DNA from: the human T2T-CHM13v2.0 reference genome, Homo sapiens
Direction: 5' to 3' (one strand)
Length of the DNA stretch: 64,000 nucleotides
Assembly (NCBI RefSeq): GCF_009914755.1
Contig: NC_060929.1
Part shown: piece after piece, positions 1 to 14,732 of the stretch
How positions within the stretch are numbered: the stretch's first letter is position 1
Layout: each line of letters opens with the position of its first letter
Translations under genes and position numbers: made by a program
The notes under the pieces: generated by a model
The model's input: only the letters and a program-made list of their open reading frames with translations
Databases searched by the model: none
What the model was told of the DNA's origin: nothing

Positions 1-1261
1 TTAAATGTGCCTTAAACTTTTCTTATAGGATAGTGGTGTGTATATACATACATTTAAATTTATTTTAAATTTAATCTCTCCTTCTCAGCCCCACAGAGAC
101 TGGTATTAAATTAGCATATGTAAAACGCCAAAGAAGCATATAGTAGTGATTACTATAAACGCTAAATAAAATATGATTTCAACACCTGTTTGCTGAGGTC
201 CTACTGTGTGTATAACACTGTGCTACAGAGATGACTGTAACAAGAGTTCCTGGCCTCAAAGAGGTGACATATTCCAGTTTGGGAGTTAAGACTTGTAAAT
301 AAGTAAGCACTATACATAAAACACTTCTAAAATAGTAAAGGCCTTTTAGAAAGATTGATGGGTTTATGTGACCCAGGTGGCAACACAGCACCCTCTCTGC
401 CCACCAAGATGGTGTTCAACCCCAGCAGCAACTAAGACGTCGAAAAAGATGTTCTGATGCCTAACATAATGAGAAAAATGGCCAGAGAGAGGTATTCTGA
501 AAAAGTTCAAGATTTTACCAAGTGTTGCAAGAACTCTGGAATCCTTATGGTGGTAAAATACTGGAAATAAAATTCTGCATTGAAAGACTGTCTTAACTGC
601 TTACTATAATGATCCAGTCTTTTACAAAGAATACAAAATGGAATACCTGAAGGAATGTAAGAACTCAGAAAAACTGGAATTTCTACTAAGTTAAAGCTAC
701 AGAAGCTTCCCATAAGCATGTAGGCAAATATTTGAATGTCACTCAGAACTCTAATACTCACGGAAGTCATTTCTAGTATAAATCACCTGAAATAATAAAC
801 TCAAGATAAGAATGTGTGTTTGCTTTATCCTAATTATAGAAATATTAATTTTATCTGAAATCAAGATCTTTTATTAAAAAGAAATTGATGGATTTCAGAG
901 ACTTTGAAGTGGATGTATCTGGAAAAAAAAAAACCACTAAAAGCATTAACTAAAAAAAGGTGAATTTTCTTTAACAACATTTAATATCTTAAATGTTTCA
1001 GATTATGTCATTTTTCCAGAACAAATGAAACCTGGATGACAACTTGCTATAACTGTATTTAGATATTTATCAATTCCATCTGTTCATTCTTTCTTGATCC
1101 TTCCTGAGGAGGAAGCAGACTCTGGTTGTGTGTCACAGGGTGGGATTGTGGCCCCTAACCTGGGTGTTTAACTCCCAGACAACAGAATGCTCACCAGGGT
1201 GCTTTATTAACAGTCTTTATTGGATGGAAGGTAGAATGAATTCCCTTTAACATTTCTGTTT

Positions 1262-1450
1262 CAGTCTGTGTTCTTGGTGATAAACAACAGAAACCAACTC
1301 TGACTATATTAAGGAACAACATTTATTAGAAGGTTCTTAGGGGCTCACAGTCTACAGCAGGCTAAAGGTCAGGCTTGGAACACAAGCGGGAATCAAGGCT
1401 TCTCCACACAGACTAAGGCATCAAGACCACAGCCAGTCTCCCTCCTAACA
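1262..1450 (-). mobile_element. Old MLT1-type MaLR LTR fragment
   Basis: aacaacagaaaccaactctgact...atttattagaagg...gctcacag motif typical of old MLT1 LTRs. Confidence 0.45.
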
Positions 1451-2192
1451 TTCATGAGGCCCAGAACAAGAGCACAAATAGAGCCCATGGTTGAGCTCAC
1501 AACCTACTCACTTTTTCATCCTAGCCCCGCCCCATTTCACACCACAAAGGCCCTTAAACACACTGGTGAGAACACTCAGCCCTCTTGTCTAAGCTCTTTC
1601 TACACATTGCTCACATTCCCAAACAGATGCTCCTGCCACTCTGAGGACCTGTGATTGCAAACAGTGGTGGCCTGATCTGCTCTCACAGGCTTTGGGCCCT
1701 TTGGGCAGGGAATCCCAGGATTCTGGGTACCCAGAGTATAGTCTAGGAGGATAGTCTAGAGAATATGGACTCTAGGTGAGCAGAGGTGAAGCCAGAAGAG
1801 ATCACAGTGGGGCCCTCTATAGCCCAGGGGGGCCCTCCTGTCCAGGTCTAAAGAAGATCCTGCCTACAGCAAAGGTCTGTCACACAGCAAGACTCATTGG
1901 GGCTGCCTGGAACCACACTACTGGCATGAATGTCTACTGTTAGCAATGCAACAATGGGACACCACTCTCTCAAGAGGCCACATACAGGTGGCATCATCCA
2001 ATGGCCAAGCGCAAGTCACCTGTTTCCCCCAGGCTATTCTAGGCAGGAAGAGGCCTCAGCTAGGCCCTTGGGCTTCCTCCCAGGACCATCACACAGAGTA
2101 CAAAAGAAAATTAGGGTGCTATAAACCAGGATGATTCATTGGATAACCCTAAAGCATCAAACATTTATAGCTGTCCCTTACGACTCCACTAC

Positions 2193-2310
2193 TTTTTTTT
2201 TTTTTTCTTAAATAGAGTTCAGGCTGGTCTCAAACTCCTGGGCTCAAATGATCCTCCCAGCTCAGCCTCCCAAAGTGCTGGGATTACAGGCTTGAGCCAC
2301 CTCACCAGGA
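2193..2310 (-). mobile_element. Alu monomer (FLAM-like)
   Basis: Poly-T followed by caggctggtctcaaactcctgggctcaa...cccaaagtgctgggattacagg. Confidence 0.85.
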
Positions 2311-2589
2311 CTTCTATTACTCTTAATAGCTGTTTATTCTGTGCTGGATCTGGAAACATGACCATTGTCAAATACACCTAAGAAACAAATCTCTAGTTAA
2401 TGTCAATTTGTGTGTGTGTGTGTTGGGTGGCGGGGTGGGATATACCCATCCATAAGATCACAGGACAAAAAAACCCATTTATTTTATTTAATTATTGTTG
2501 GCATTGATCTACCTTCCTACTCTTACTCATGTTCCTCACCCCACCTCAAAGATCTCTACTTGCTTGGAAGTTGTAAGTAAGCAAGACGA

Positions 2590-2906
2590 CAGTCATGCAC
2601 CGTGTAACAACATTTCAGTCAATGACAGACCATATATATTATAGCGGTCCTATAAGGTTATAATACTGTATTTGACTGTACCTTTTCTATGTTTAGATAC
2701 ATTTAGATACACAAACACTTACAATTGTGTTATGATTGCCTATAGTATTTAGTATAGTAATCTGCCTTATAGCATATAGCCTAGGTGTGTAGTACTTACA
2801 CCATCTAGGATTGTGTAAGTACACGCTATGGTGTTTGCACAACAACGAAATTGTCTAACTACACATTTCTCAGAATGTATTCCTGCTGTTAAGCAATACA
2901 TGACTG
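2590..2906. mobile_element. Tigger3/MER7-type MITE (TcMar-Tigger)
   Basis: Terminal inverted repeats cagtcatg...catgactg followed by TA; internal sequence resembles the copy at 29220-30178. Confidence 0.8.
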
Positions 2907-3152
2907 TACTAAGAAAGGTATCACAGACTATTAGATCAAAAATTCCTCTGATGGCATGAGACTCCAAGAGTCCTTTGAATATGGCAAAGAGGAAAACCCC
3001 AGTTCTAGGATCAAATTGTGCTGGAGTGGGACCAGAAACAGACCCTTCCACAATGACCCTCTCCTGAAAATAACCATCCTGGACACATGTTCAAGAGTTA
3101 AGTCACAGAGGGAAGCAGCAGACAATAATTTGGAGCAGCACAGAATCCTCAC

Positions 3153-3504
3153 TGTATTAGTTTGCTCAGGTTATCATAACAAAATACCACAGAATGGGTG
3201 GTTTAAATGACAGACATTTATTTTCTCCCAGTTCTGGAGGCTGAAAGTCTAAGATCAAGGTGCCAGCTGATTCTGTTAATGAGGGCTATCATCTCAGAAA
3301 GGGAGAGAGAGAGAATTCTCTGATTTATCTTCTTATAAGGAAATGAATTCTATGGGATCAGGACACAACCCTCAGGATCTCATTTAACATTAATTACTTC
3401 CTTAGAGATCCCGTCTCCAAAAATAACCACACTGGGGGTTAAGACACCATATAGACATCATAGTAGGAATTTGTGGAGGGGACACAAACATTAAATCCAT
3501 AACA
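3153..3504 (-). mobile_element. MLT1A-type MaLR LTR
   Basis: tgtattagttt...cataacaaaataccacaga...gttctggaggctgaaagtctaagatcaaggtgccagc...ggacacaaacatt. Confidence 0.8.
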
Positions 3505-5224
3505 CTCACTAAACAGCCAGGGATCTTAAATTTTATGTTTATTCTCCTATTTATTAAAAGTGAGGGGTCCAGGCATTAATTGCACACACATAAAAAATCA
3601 TGAGTGAAAGCTTTACACACAGATGCACATACAAGAGGAGGGGATAAAAACCCATCCTTTAGAAACATGGAAAGCTATGTGTGCTGACTTACAATACTGT
3701 AATGACCAAAACTTATTATTAAATGAGAAAAGCAAGTTGCTGAACATTGTGATGGATATGGTACTGACTGTGTAAAAGTAAGGAGGAATTATGTATACAT
3801 CCATACTTGCATATGTCTGAACTATCTCGGAAGGGATATATGAGCGAACTGATAGACGTGGTGGCAGGGACCGATGGTTGGGGACTGGGAATGATGACTT
3901 TTCATCAATTTCCCCTGTGCAGTTTTTCCTGAAGGAAGTGTTGTGGAAGCAAACAAAAGTTGAGGTGCACTAGTTTATGATGTTGTCCCGCAGATCCACA
4001 AAAGAATGGAACATGTACAGGTATTATCTATTCAAAATTTTTACAGGGAAAAATAGAGAAATACATTGTGCAATTAAGCCAATAGGGAAGTAAGCTACAA
4101 TGCAGTTAACAGCTATACCTAAACCCTCTCAGAGGACACAAGACTTTTACCCCACTCTCATAGAAGCAAAGTCTTAGGCAGATGATATAGTTTTAAAGAA
4201 ATCACTGGGAAATCTATACTTAATTGAAGCCTGGAATTTGCTTCTGGAATTTGTTTCCTTTGTTTCTCTTGCTTCCTGTTTATTTCTTAAGTAATGGAAG
4301 CACAAGAATCAGCAACATTATTTTCTAACCTTTGGAGAAATAACTAAACATGGACAAAGGAGATCCTAAGAAGCCCAGAGTCTAAATGTTATCATAAACT
4401 TTTTGGTGCAAAGTTGTTGGGAGAAGCACAAGAAGAAGCACCAAATGTTTTAGTCAGCATTTTGGAAATTTCTGAAACATGCTTTTAAGTGTAGAAGAAC
4501 AGATCTAAACAGAAAAGAAATTTGAAAGCATAGCAAAGGTGAACAAGGACCATTATGAAAGAGGAATGAAAATTCATATTTTTCCCAAAGGAGAAAGAAA
4601 CAAAAAATCCAAATAATTGTGCCGCTGACCAAATACTAGTTTGTAACTGAAAAACAAAGTTGTAGGAATTTCAGTGACATTCTTAATGTATCTAAATAAA
4701 TACATTTTTAACTAGTAAAAAGGTAAAAAGATGATACCTGCTGTTTGAAAAAACAGTGGAATCCTCCAACATTGTTTGAATAATTGTTTTAAAAGATTGC
4801 TTTTATCTGTTGAAAATGTGAGTTGAGGAACTAAAGCACATTTGGTGCTTAGCCCTAGAATACGTTCAGGGAGGAAAGCAAGCTTTCAGAATGCCAAAGT
4901 GGTAACAGACAGGAATGGCCTGACTTCCATCATCACACTTGATCTTGAGATTCCTCCAGGATCCCTGGCTTGTTAACTGATTTCTAGCAATTGCCATGTT
5001 AAGCAAGAACTAGGGGATTTTTGAGTTCAGTATTAGCATACAGGTACCTTTTCTCTCAAAAGAAATCTATTCTGGTGCATCAGCCCTTACCATTACACAG
5101 AAAAAGAAGGTGAGTACAGAGAAAAATGGGAAACAAGCATAAAGCAGAACTAGAGATGCTTCCTGAAGAGTACGCCTCCCAGAAGGAAAGGGGAGGAGGG
5201 GACAGCGACCTCTTTGTGACACGT

Positions 5225-5360
5225 GTGTGCAGGCACCTTATAAGCATCGTCTGATTTAATCCTTTCAACAACTCAATGAGGCAGGTACTGTTATTGTCCC
5301 TATTTTTCCAATGAGGAATCGGGAAACCCTTGCCCAAAGCTGCTCAGCTTTGAAGGTGTG
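5225..5360 (-). mobile_element. MIR fragment
   Basis: atttaatcctttcaacaactcaatgaggcaggtactgttattgtccctatttt core. Confidence 0.65.
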
Positions 5361-7099
5361 TAAATTGCTGTGTTGAGCAGAGGTGAGAAAGGAGTGCTGA
5401 TGGGGGTTGGGGGAGCTCAAAATCTCCTGCTTGCTCATAAGCTCACTTCTATTGCGGTCAACCTAATTTCACACATGGCCTGTATTCCCTTGTGCTAAAA
5501 TTAATTTGTAAGATTGTCCCACATTTTTCTTCAGAGAGTGACTCAATTTGAAGGCACTTCGTCACCAGGGCACAAACATCTTTTCTAAGTGGGTACTGTT
5601 TCTGCTAATTAAGGAAGAGTGAACACTGGAACAAGCCAGGAGGGCAGTCTCTGACTCACCCTCTTTGGCTTCATCTGTGAAAATGGACTCGGGGGATTCA
5701 AAAGAAGAGAAATGATAAAAAGCAGGGCCAGGCACGACCCTTCAGCTTGTTGGAAAACATTTGAACGTGGCTTCTGTCTGACCCAGAAATAACATTTCTA
5801 CAACTGAAATCTGTTTAGACAGTCATCAGAAATATCTCTGCCTCTTCTGTCTCCCAAAGTGCCTCTAGAGCCACAGCAAATCTCAACTCAGATTCTAGAA
5901 CACCTCCTCCCATTGGCAAAGGAGGACCAAAGCTGTCTAATTTTAGGGTCTAACAGTTGGCATGCAATTAAAACTATATTTATTATGGGCCTCAGAGGAG
6001 AATAATTTATTTATGGGTAAATTAGAATCATTGCAATATAAACATGCTCCCACGGATCAGGAATTTGCTATGCTCAACCAGGGACCATAAGAACTCTGCC
6101 ACTTTTACAATATGGAGCTCATTGTTTCAAAACAAGCAAAAGATCAGACATCTCTAATCCATATTTTAACATCAGTCTCAAATGCTACAGTAGGGATTCG
6201 GTCAATACTATCCATATTTTACCATTGGTCATGATTTGAGGTATTTGATCTTAAGAAACTAAGGGCAAAAAAAAAAAAAAAAAAGAAAGAGAGAAAGAAA
6301 AGAAAATGTTCTTCTTCCTGAAAAGAAATTATATTGGTATTAAAGTTCAGACTAAGGGTATTTTTGGTTTCATTTGGTTTTGGCTTTGAAAACTTTGCTG
6401 ACCAGAGATTTAGATTGGGATAAATGAGTTTAATTATGCTGGTTTATTTTGTGTCATGAATTTGCTAAAATAAACTAAAGGAAAACATACCTTATATTTA
6501 AACAAGGAAAAACAGAAAAATAAATAAGATTTCTCTCCTGAGAAGAGGGTTACTATAATACTTCTGTCTGCCAATTCAGTATCACTGTTAATTTTCTCTT
6601 TAGGAGTTTTCCATCCTTATGAGAGCATGTCCCCACCTCCTACAGTGCAGCTTTATAAAAAGATATAAAGCATATAGAAAACACACAAAAGCATGTGTTG
6701 CTCCCAACTCTTTAAAACTATATCACAATGTTCTATGTGAGGTAAGTTATTTTTTTTTCTTCAACTTATTTTTGTGTTCTGCTGTAGAAAAAAAGTCTAA
6801 AACACACAGCTAGGATTTAGTTGTGTAGCTCTGTTATTTGACCTATTTTTCCAAGATTGAGGACTTCAAATTTTTGTAACCTGTGACTATGTTCTCTGGG
6901 TTATGTATTTATGCTCCTTTTCCTGACCCCCACCCCTCACCGCACTATCATGAATTGGCCCTGGCATAAGTACTTACACACGATCTCTAACTATACTCTT
7001 TTGTGGTCAAACCCATTCCACAGAAAGAGAAATGAAGAGCTGAAAATTATCCCTGAGCACCTCTCCTAAATGAGGACACAGTCACCCTCCCCTTGGATC

Positions 7100-7326
7100 A
7101 GTCTTCAGTAAAGCACCTATTGGTTTTTCATGGAAACATTCATTACTACATAAAATAATATTATTTATTTATTCATTTACTTGTTACTGTCTGTCTCCTC
7201 TCACTGGAACATGCATTGTATGAACTTAGGAAACTTGTTTTTCTAATTCATTCCTATATTCCCAGTCCCCAGAAGAGAGCCTGGCACATAATAGGGATTC
7301 AGTAAATGTTTGCTGAAGGAATGAAT
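7100..7326 (+). mobile_element. L2 3' end
   Basis: cctggcacataataggg...agtaaatgtttgctgaaggaatgaat terminus. Confidence 0.7.
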
Positions 7327-7435
7327 TTCCCATCGACTTTGGGAGTGCAAACAGTGGATCTATTAAGCAAATCCTTAAAGGTATCACTCAAGGATTTTTA
7401 GAATCATCTAGATAGAAGGAATCCCTTAGGTCATT

Positions 7436-7642
7436 CAGAGTTGGCAAACTTATTTTGTTAAAGAACCAGACAGTAAATATTTTCAGCTTTATAGGCCATA
7501 TGGTCACTGCCTTGACTACTCAAGTCTGTCACTGCAGCATTACAGCAGCCATAGACATTATGTAAATGAATAAGCAAGACCGTATCCCAACGAAACTTTA
7601 TTACAAAAATAGCCAGTGGTGGAGTGAAGCTTGCTGACCCCT
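7436..7642. mobile_element. MER58A-type hAT-Charlie MITE
   Basis: cagagttggcaaact...gtaaatattttcagctttataggccatatggtc...ttgctgacccct. Confidence 0.75.
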
Positions 7643-9813
7643 CCTAGACCAATGGTTTCCCAATAATTTTCTATGAATGAGTTTTACCAAGGACAATAAA
7701 AAGAAGACATAAGGATTTACTGTGAGATTTTTCATCAAGTAAGATTATTTCAACTTGAAAATTATTTTTTTCTGAGTGTATGTTCTTTCCATCTTTTAGT
7801 CTTCGAAACATTTCTTTAGCTAAGTTATAGTGATAATAAATTGTGTATTGTTAAAATCCTTTCTTGGAAAAACAAAATGTTGGCAACTTTAACAAAGTTC
7901 CAAAATATTTTGTTGAAATTTTACTATCCAACAAATTCAAACGTCTGCCAACTCCCATGGCTCTAGTCCATACATCTTATTCTACAGTCCAGTTCTTATT
8001 TGCAGTCAAGTGAGTCCTTTCTGTCTAGGGTAAACAAAGGGGTTCATGAAAAGATCTGAGAAGCTTATAGAATCTGGGAGGACCAGAGACCTGAGCCCTA
8101 GGAGAAAGCCACCCCACACCACATGACTGTTTTGGCAGAACACACACTCCTGCTGTCTGTGGCACTGCATCTACATTGATAAGGGCTGATGCCAGAAACG
8201 CTGCCTCGGCTGCCCCCAAAGAACAGATGGCTCTAGCACCATGCCTGTCAAAAGAACTGTTTCCCATCCCACTCCTGTGCCCAGCCAATGCCTTACTATA
8301 CTCCACCTCCGAGTCTCACAAAGAACCATCACCTTAGCTGAAGCAAGGTCACATGCAGAACCCCCACTTCAAGGGATGTGGAAAAATGAATGTTTAGCTC
8401 TCTACCCTCTTTGAACTGGAAGCCAAGCTAAAAGATGGCTGGAATGGGTGCTAAGCAAAACAGTTTATAGCATCTTCCAAGAGAATCCTGAGGCCTAGAG
8501 CCCTTCACCTTCAAGGGAGGGGAGTTTCAGCCCAACGATGGCTAAACTACATTTTTGGGAGGAAAAAGTAGCATTTGGAAAGGTTGTCTAGTGATTGACA
8601 CAACGGGAACATTTTTAGCCCATTAGTGAAAGCCACAAAAGTAGAAAAGTGAAGAGCTTCCAGATAACTCAGATCTCAAAACAACTTTGCCTGATCACCA
8701 AAGCAAAAGGTAAGAAACACACAAAGAAAACCTTCTCAATCATTCAAATAATTGCTTTAGTGGGGTTTTTTGTTTTGTTTTTTTTTTCACTTACACGCAC
8801 ATCCTCAAACCCTGAAGTTCAATAGGGTAGGGTTGGGGTTGCTTCTCCTGAGTGATGAACCTTAGCTTCTGCAGGCACCTTTCGAATTTAAACAGTAATG
8901 TCAATGAAGCCACTCACCCCTGAATCCAGAGAGGATTCTCTTTAAATAAAATAAATATGAGAAATAACATTAGCTTCTTTGTATCTATTAACACATAATT
9001 GCAGTGAGATAAGAGCTAGAAACAATACAATTATACCAGAAACATTCCACTTACAAAAACAGTTGTTTACTGTGATTTTCCAGTAATCAGAGACTAAACA
9101 CATCAAAATTTTAGTAGTGGTTATATGTGAATAGTGAAATTACAATGACATTCATTTTTGTAAAATATTTTAAAAAACCGTTTATACTAAGTATATAGTC
9201 CCTTTTTAAAAGAAAGCAATTTACTTTCAAACAATATGTTAATGTATAGATATAATGCATTTATTATTTTTACCCCTTCACCAAATAATTATAGTTCTTT
9301 AAGCGCAGGATGTTATCTAAAACATATAAGCCTAACAGTTATTTGTGATATTATCCCTTTCTCAAGCAGTTTATAATTAAATGATCAAAATTTAATAACA
9401 AATGATATCATCACAAATACTATAAAAGCGTAAGTATTCTTATAAATACTAGAAACTTCATTTTTGAGGAGAAAATGTGAATGCTGGTATGCACATGTAA
9501 TTCTTGGAGGTACAAAGTTTATGATTCTGTGAGGGGATGAGGGGCTTGGGAAAGAGATGAAAGAACATTGCACTACAGAGGAGGAAAAAAAAGATTTGCA
9601 CCCAGAGTGGTTCATGTCTGCTGAGAATCTCTGTTCAGTGGTGTCCTCAATTTCTTACTAGAGCCCAGTGGCCAAAAATATCATTTGTGCAGATTTGTGT
9701 AACCAGTCCTCCTCAGGATTAAAAATACATTTTTAAAAGTTATAGCTACTGAATTTTCTAATGAAACAAATCAGAACAAAAGATGTTATGTCCTAGTCTG
9801 TGCAAACAGCAGA

Positions 9814-10170
9814 TGTCTTAGCCCATTAGGGCTGCCATAACAAAAACATCATAGACTAGAGGGCTTAAACAAAAGAAATGTATTTCTCAGAGTTCTGGAG
9901 GCTGGGAAGTCCAAGATCAAGGTGCCACTATATCTGGTATCTGGTTAGGGCCCACTTCCTTGTTTTTAGATGTGTCTTCTCACTGTGTCCTCACATGGCA
10001 GAAGGGGTGAGGGAGCTCTCTAGGGTCTTTTTTATCAGGGCACTAATCCCATTCATGAGGGCTCCACCTCATGACCCACTCATCTCTCAAAGGTCCCACC
10101 TCCAAATACCACCACATTGGGGATTTGATTTCAATAAATGGATTTTGGGGGGACATATGTAATCCACAAT
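9814..10170 (-). mobile_element. MLT1A-type MaLR LTR
   Basis: gggctgccataacaaaa...gttctggaggctgggaagtccaagatcaaggtgcc...cactaatcccattcatgagggctcc. Confidence 0.85.
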
Positions 10171-10334
10171 AGAAAGCTAAAATAAAAAAGAAATAGAAAG
10201 CTAAAAATACTCGAGATTTGCCAGCCATGTTCTGAATAAGCCAATCCCCTCCAGAATATTATTTATTCAGTTTTTCACTTCTTAAAGTAGAAAGCAAAGC
10301 TTTAAAGAGGTTGGGCCATGCCCCGTATTAATCT

Positions 10335-11805
10335 TTTTTGTTTTAACTAACACATAATAATTATATGTATTTATGAGGTATAAAGTGATGTCTCAAAATA
10401 TATATACATTACATAATGATCAAATCATCATGTAGCACATCCATCACCTCAAACATTTATCATTTCTATGTGATGGGAACATTCAAAATCCTCTAAGTAT
10501 TTTAAGATATACCTTAGTGTTTACTATAATCACCCTACTGTGCAATAGGATACCTAACTTATTCTTTCTAATTTTAACTTTGCACCTACTGGGCAACCTC
10601 TCTCCAATCCTTCCCTTCTCAGCCTCTGTTAACCCCTATTCTATTCACTATTTCTATGAGATCAACTTTTTAAGATCCAAAATATGAGTAAGAACATGTA
10701 GCATTTATATTTCTGTGTCTGACTTATTTCATGTAACATTATGTCCTCCAGGTTTACCCATGTTGTCACAAATGACAGGATTTCATTTTTTTTAATGGCC
10801 AAATAGTATTCTGTTGTGTGCAAGTACTACATTTTCTTTATCCATTCATCTGTTTTTGAACATTTAGGTTGATTCCATATTTTGGCTATTGTGAATAGTG
10901 CTGCAATAAACATGAGAGTGAGGCATCTCTTTGACATACTGATTTTATTTCCTTTGGATATATACCCAGCAGCAGGATTGCTGGATCATATGGTAGTTCT
11001 ATTTTTAATTTTTTGAGGGACCTCCATATTGTTTTCCACAGTGGCTATACTAGTTTACATTCCCACCAACTGTGTGTGAGGGTTTACTTTTCTTCATATC
11101 CTTGCCAACACTTGTATCTTTTGTCTTTTTGATAATAGCCATTCTAACTATAGTGAAGTGGTATCTCATTGTGGTTTTGATTTGCATTTCCCTGATGATT
11201 AGTGATGTTGAGCATTTTTTTCATATGCATATTGGCCCTTTGCATGCCTTCTTTTGAGAAATGTCTATTCAGGTCTTTTGCTCATTTTTAATTGGATTAT
11301 TTGGGACTTTTGGGGGTGGGTTTGTTGCTACTGAGTTCCTTATATATCCTGACTATTGACCCCTTTTCAGATGTATAGTTTGCAGATATTTTCTCCTATT
11401 CTGTAGGTTCTCTTCACTCTGCTGATTGTTTCCTTTGCTGTGCAGAAACTTTTCAGTTTGATATACTCCCATTTGTCTAATTTTTTGCTGTTGCTTTTGG
11501 TCTTATCCAAAAAAAAGTAATTGCCCAGTCTAGTGTCATGAAGCATTTCCCATGTGTTTTCTTCCAGGAGTTTTATAGTTTTGGGTCTTACATTTGTCTT
11601 TAATCCATTTTGAGTTGAATTTTCTATATGGTGAAAGACAGGGGTCCAGATTCATTCTTCTGCATGTGGATATCCAATTTTCTGAGCATCATTTATTGAA
11701 GAGACTGTCCTTTCTCCATTGCGTGTTCTTGACATCTTTGTTGAAAATCAGTAGATTTTCTTGGCTGTAGATGCATGGATTTATTTCTGGACTTTCTATT
11801 CTGTA
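10335..11805 (-). mobile_element. L1MA-type LINE-1 3' fragment
   Basis: Classic antisense L1 3' sequence: gtgaatagtgctgcaataaacatg, gtatctcattgtggttttgatttgcatttccctgatgattagtgatgttgagc. Confidence 0.9.
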
Positions 11806-12977
11806 ATCCTCTTTCTTTGGACTAACTTGAATATTCTCTTGTGGCCAATTTCCCATCAGAGATTTTTAAAGAGCAGCATCTACACAGTGTTCTGAAACCT
11901 GCTTCTCCACCAACATTGAAAACACTGGTCTTCTGGTAGCCTCTCAGCTGGGTTTATATTCAGGAGATTCATTTACAAAGAAATAGTCTTGTTCGTCAAT
12001 GTCTAGGTTGCAATTTAATCACATTTTCATAAAAATAGAGTTAGTATTAGAACAAAGTTGTGTTCTGACTACAGAGTAAAAAGGAGATGTGTCGCCAGGG
12101 GACAAAACTGGGACCAATGTGTGGTCATTCCAACTAAAGCATTTTAGCCAGAATGGAGCTAATACTTAAATATGTATTTGGAGTTGGACCACACCCCTTT
12201 CTCCTCATATCTATTTATGTCTACTGATCTAAATGTAAGCTGGAAAAAAAAATGTGTCTACAGTTGGGTCCAGACATATACAGACAAGGCTGACAGCCTT
12301 TAGGACTTTGACAGAAGCCAGCTTATGGGATCAGAGAGGCCTGTAAGAGTGAATTTACCACTTTGAGGCAGCCTGGCAGAGTTGGCAGCAAGACTTGCAT
12401 GTCAGAGACAAGTGGTTTCAGATAAACAATATTTGAATCCATCCTGACCCAACTATGTGGGGGCATGTTTGTGCCCTGGGAAAAAATATATTTGTAGTCC
12501 AGGACTGACAGAGCTGTCCCCAAACTCTGCAATGCTCCAGAACTGGCAAAGTCCTCTGCAGTAGTGGTGCTTCAGAGTTAACACATTCAGATGTTAATGT
12601 TAATGGGCTGTGCCCTTACTACATGCTAGAGAAGCTGAGGGATATTCAGGCTTCATGAGCACGATTTTTTCCTCAATATAATTGTTTAATAGAGACTCAC
12701 ATTAACAGAACTTTTTGCCTTATAATAAATATAGTTACCTCCCCAGCACTGGAAGTATTTAAACAGAGACTGAAAAATCTTCATTGAATGGAAAGTTGGC
12801 CTAGCCAGACTTAATGTCCCTTCCAGGCAGCTGTGCTTCTAGTTAAAATGTGGGCTTAAATGTGCCTTTTTTTTTCTTTTTTTTTTTTTTTTTTTTGCTG
12901 CCTTTGTTCAGCTCACATGCAAAGGAGAAAGTGTTAAAATCGTATCAAGAAGCCAACTTTCCTACTTCACTGTATTG

Positions 12978-13478
12978 CTATGATGGTTAATTTTATTTGT
13001 CAACTTAGCTGGGCCATGGAGTGCCCACATATTTGGTCAGACATTATTATGGGTGTTTCTGTTCTAAGTTGGGGTGTTTCGGGAAGAGATAAACATTTAA
13101 ATTGGTAAATTTTAACATGAGAGTGACATTTGAATTGCTGGAGTAAAGAAAATTGCCTTCCATAATATAGGTGGGCCTCATTCAGTCAGTTGAAGGCCTG
13201 AATAGAACAAAAAGACCAACTTGCCCCTGAGTAGGAGAGAATTTTCCAGTAGACCTGCCCTTGAACTTCATCTGTACCATTGACTCTCCTGGGTCTTGAG
13301 CCTGCTAACCTGCACTGCAGGTGTAGACTTCCCAGCCTCTACAATCCTGTGAGCCAATTCCTTATCATAAATTATATATATAATTATGGAATTATGCATA
13401 TATATCACACACGAGATCTATATCTATTTACCTATCTATCTAATTTGATCTCTTTCTTTGGAGAACTAACAGAATACA
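12978..13478 (+). mobile_element. MLT2-type ERVL solo LTR
   Basis: tgatggttaattttatttgtcaactt...gtgggcctcattcagtcagttgaaggcctgaatagaacaaaaag...gtgagccaattcctt. Confidence 0.8.
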
Positions 13479-13559
13479 ACTGCTTTCTCAGTCTCCTTTG
13501 TTAACTCTGTCTCAATTTTCCAATCTCTACTCATGCCTTTACCTCTGTCTCTTATCTTA

Positions 13560-13840
13560 TATCCTACCACTCTCCCACCATGGCCTTTCTGCTATTCCTG
13601 GAAAATCCAAGCCTAGAAAATTCAGGCTAGTTCTCACCTCAAGCCCTTCACATTTGCTCTATCCTCTGCCTGAAGCAGTATGTCCCCAAATCTTCACAAT
13701 GGCTTTCTCCTTTATAGCATTCATGTCTCAGCTTAAATGTCACCTCCTCAGAGGGGCTTTCCCTGAATACACTGCCTATCCTCTTTTCTCCCCTACCTAC
13801 ATCCCCTTACACTGGTTTGATTTCTTCATAGTACTGACCA
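13560..13840 (+). mobile_element. L2 fragment
   Basis: tcagcttaaatgtcacctcctcagaggggctttccctga motif. Confidence 0.6.
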
Positions 13841-14732
13841 AAATCCATCTGCAGAAGAGGCTGAGCCTCCAGACCATGCAAAGCCTACCTATTCTGCTAC
13901 AGAGGAAATTGCTGCCTCGTACCTGTTTAGCCCAGATAGCAAAGACAGAGAGACAGAGATACCCAGAAGTGCCTGCAGAAGGTAGGTTTGGGGCCTGACC
14001 CAGGTGTGCTTACTGCATGGGGGGCAGGAGTGAATGGAGAATGCAACTATCTTAGAGCAGGCTGGCCAGAGAGACACCTGACAGGTCTAAGTCAACAAGC
14101 TTCACAGTCGGGTAATTATATCTCCTTTGGAGTAAGGAATGGAGAGAAGGGCTGGTAATGGAAGAACCTTTGTGGAAAGATGAAGGCTGGGGAACAGGGA
14201 TCTGACAATTTAGGGTAATAAAAAATATTGCTTGAAGTGATTGGCAGAAAAGCAAGTAAAGTGACTAGTGTGTCTCTCAGAGATCTCCTCCAACCATAAC
14301 TCAATGCTGGAAGAAAATGCAGCATCAGTGATGACATCCAACACCTTATTTTTTAATATAGAGCATTGCTCACACTCTACTGGTACCTTGCCTATGACAA
14401 ATAAAAGCAGGCATTGCCCCACCCTTAGCTCAACATCCCTTCTGCATGAACTTGGTTGCATAAGTTAATTATCTTCCTACTCCTCCTGCCATTCATGTCA
14501 TTTACAACTTAGGTTGCTTTTCTCTTGAGCAGCTTTATTCTCCTTCTGCATCTCTGTGAATATCTTGTTTAAATCGTAGTTTCTTCATTTCAACCAAGGA
14601 GGCAATATGAAAGCAACAGGCTTATTGTGCAGAATCACACATGTTAAAGGTGTTAAAAAATACTAGAGAAAAGAAAAGATGAACACCCTTTTCTTCTTTC
14701 ATCTTCCAAAATGAGTTCATCCATCTCTGCAT

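Noticed and set aside
370-416. CTCF-like motifs (cccaggtggca, ccaccaagatggtg); another near 15680
   Set aside because: Partial matches only; not supportable without ChIP data.
10167-10206. aatagaaagctaaaa direct repeat at the LTR edge
   Set aside because: Short A-rich slippage duplication; not a TSD of the LTR, and no functional hint.
13498-13998. 166-aa ORF
   Set aside because: TTG start, overlaps an L2 relic, no recognisable homology.
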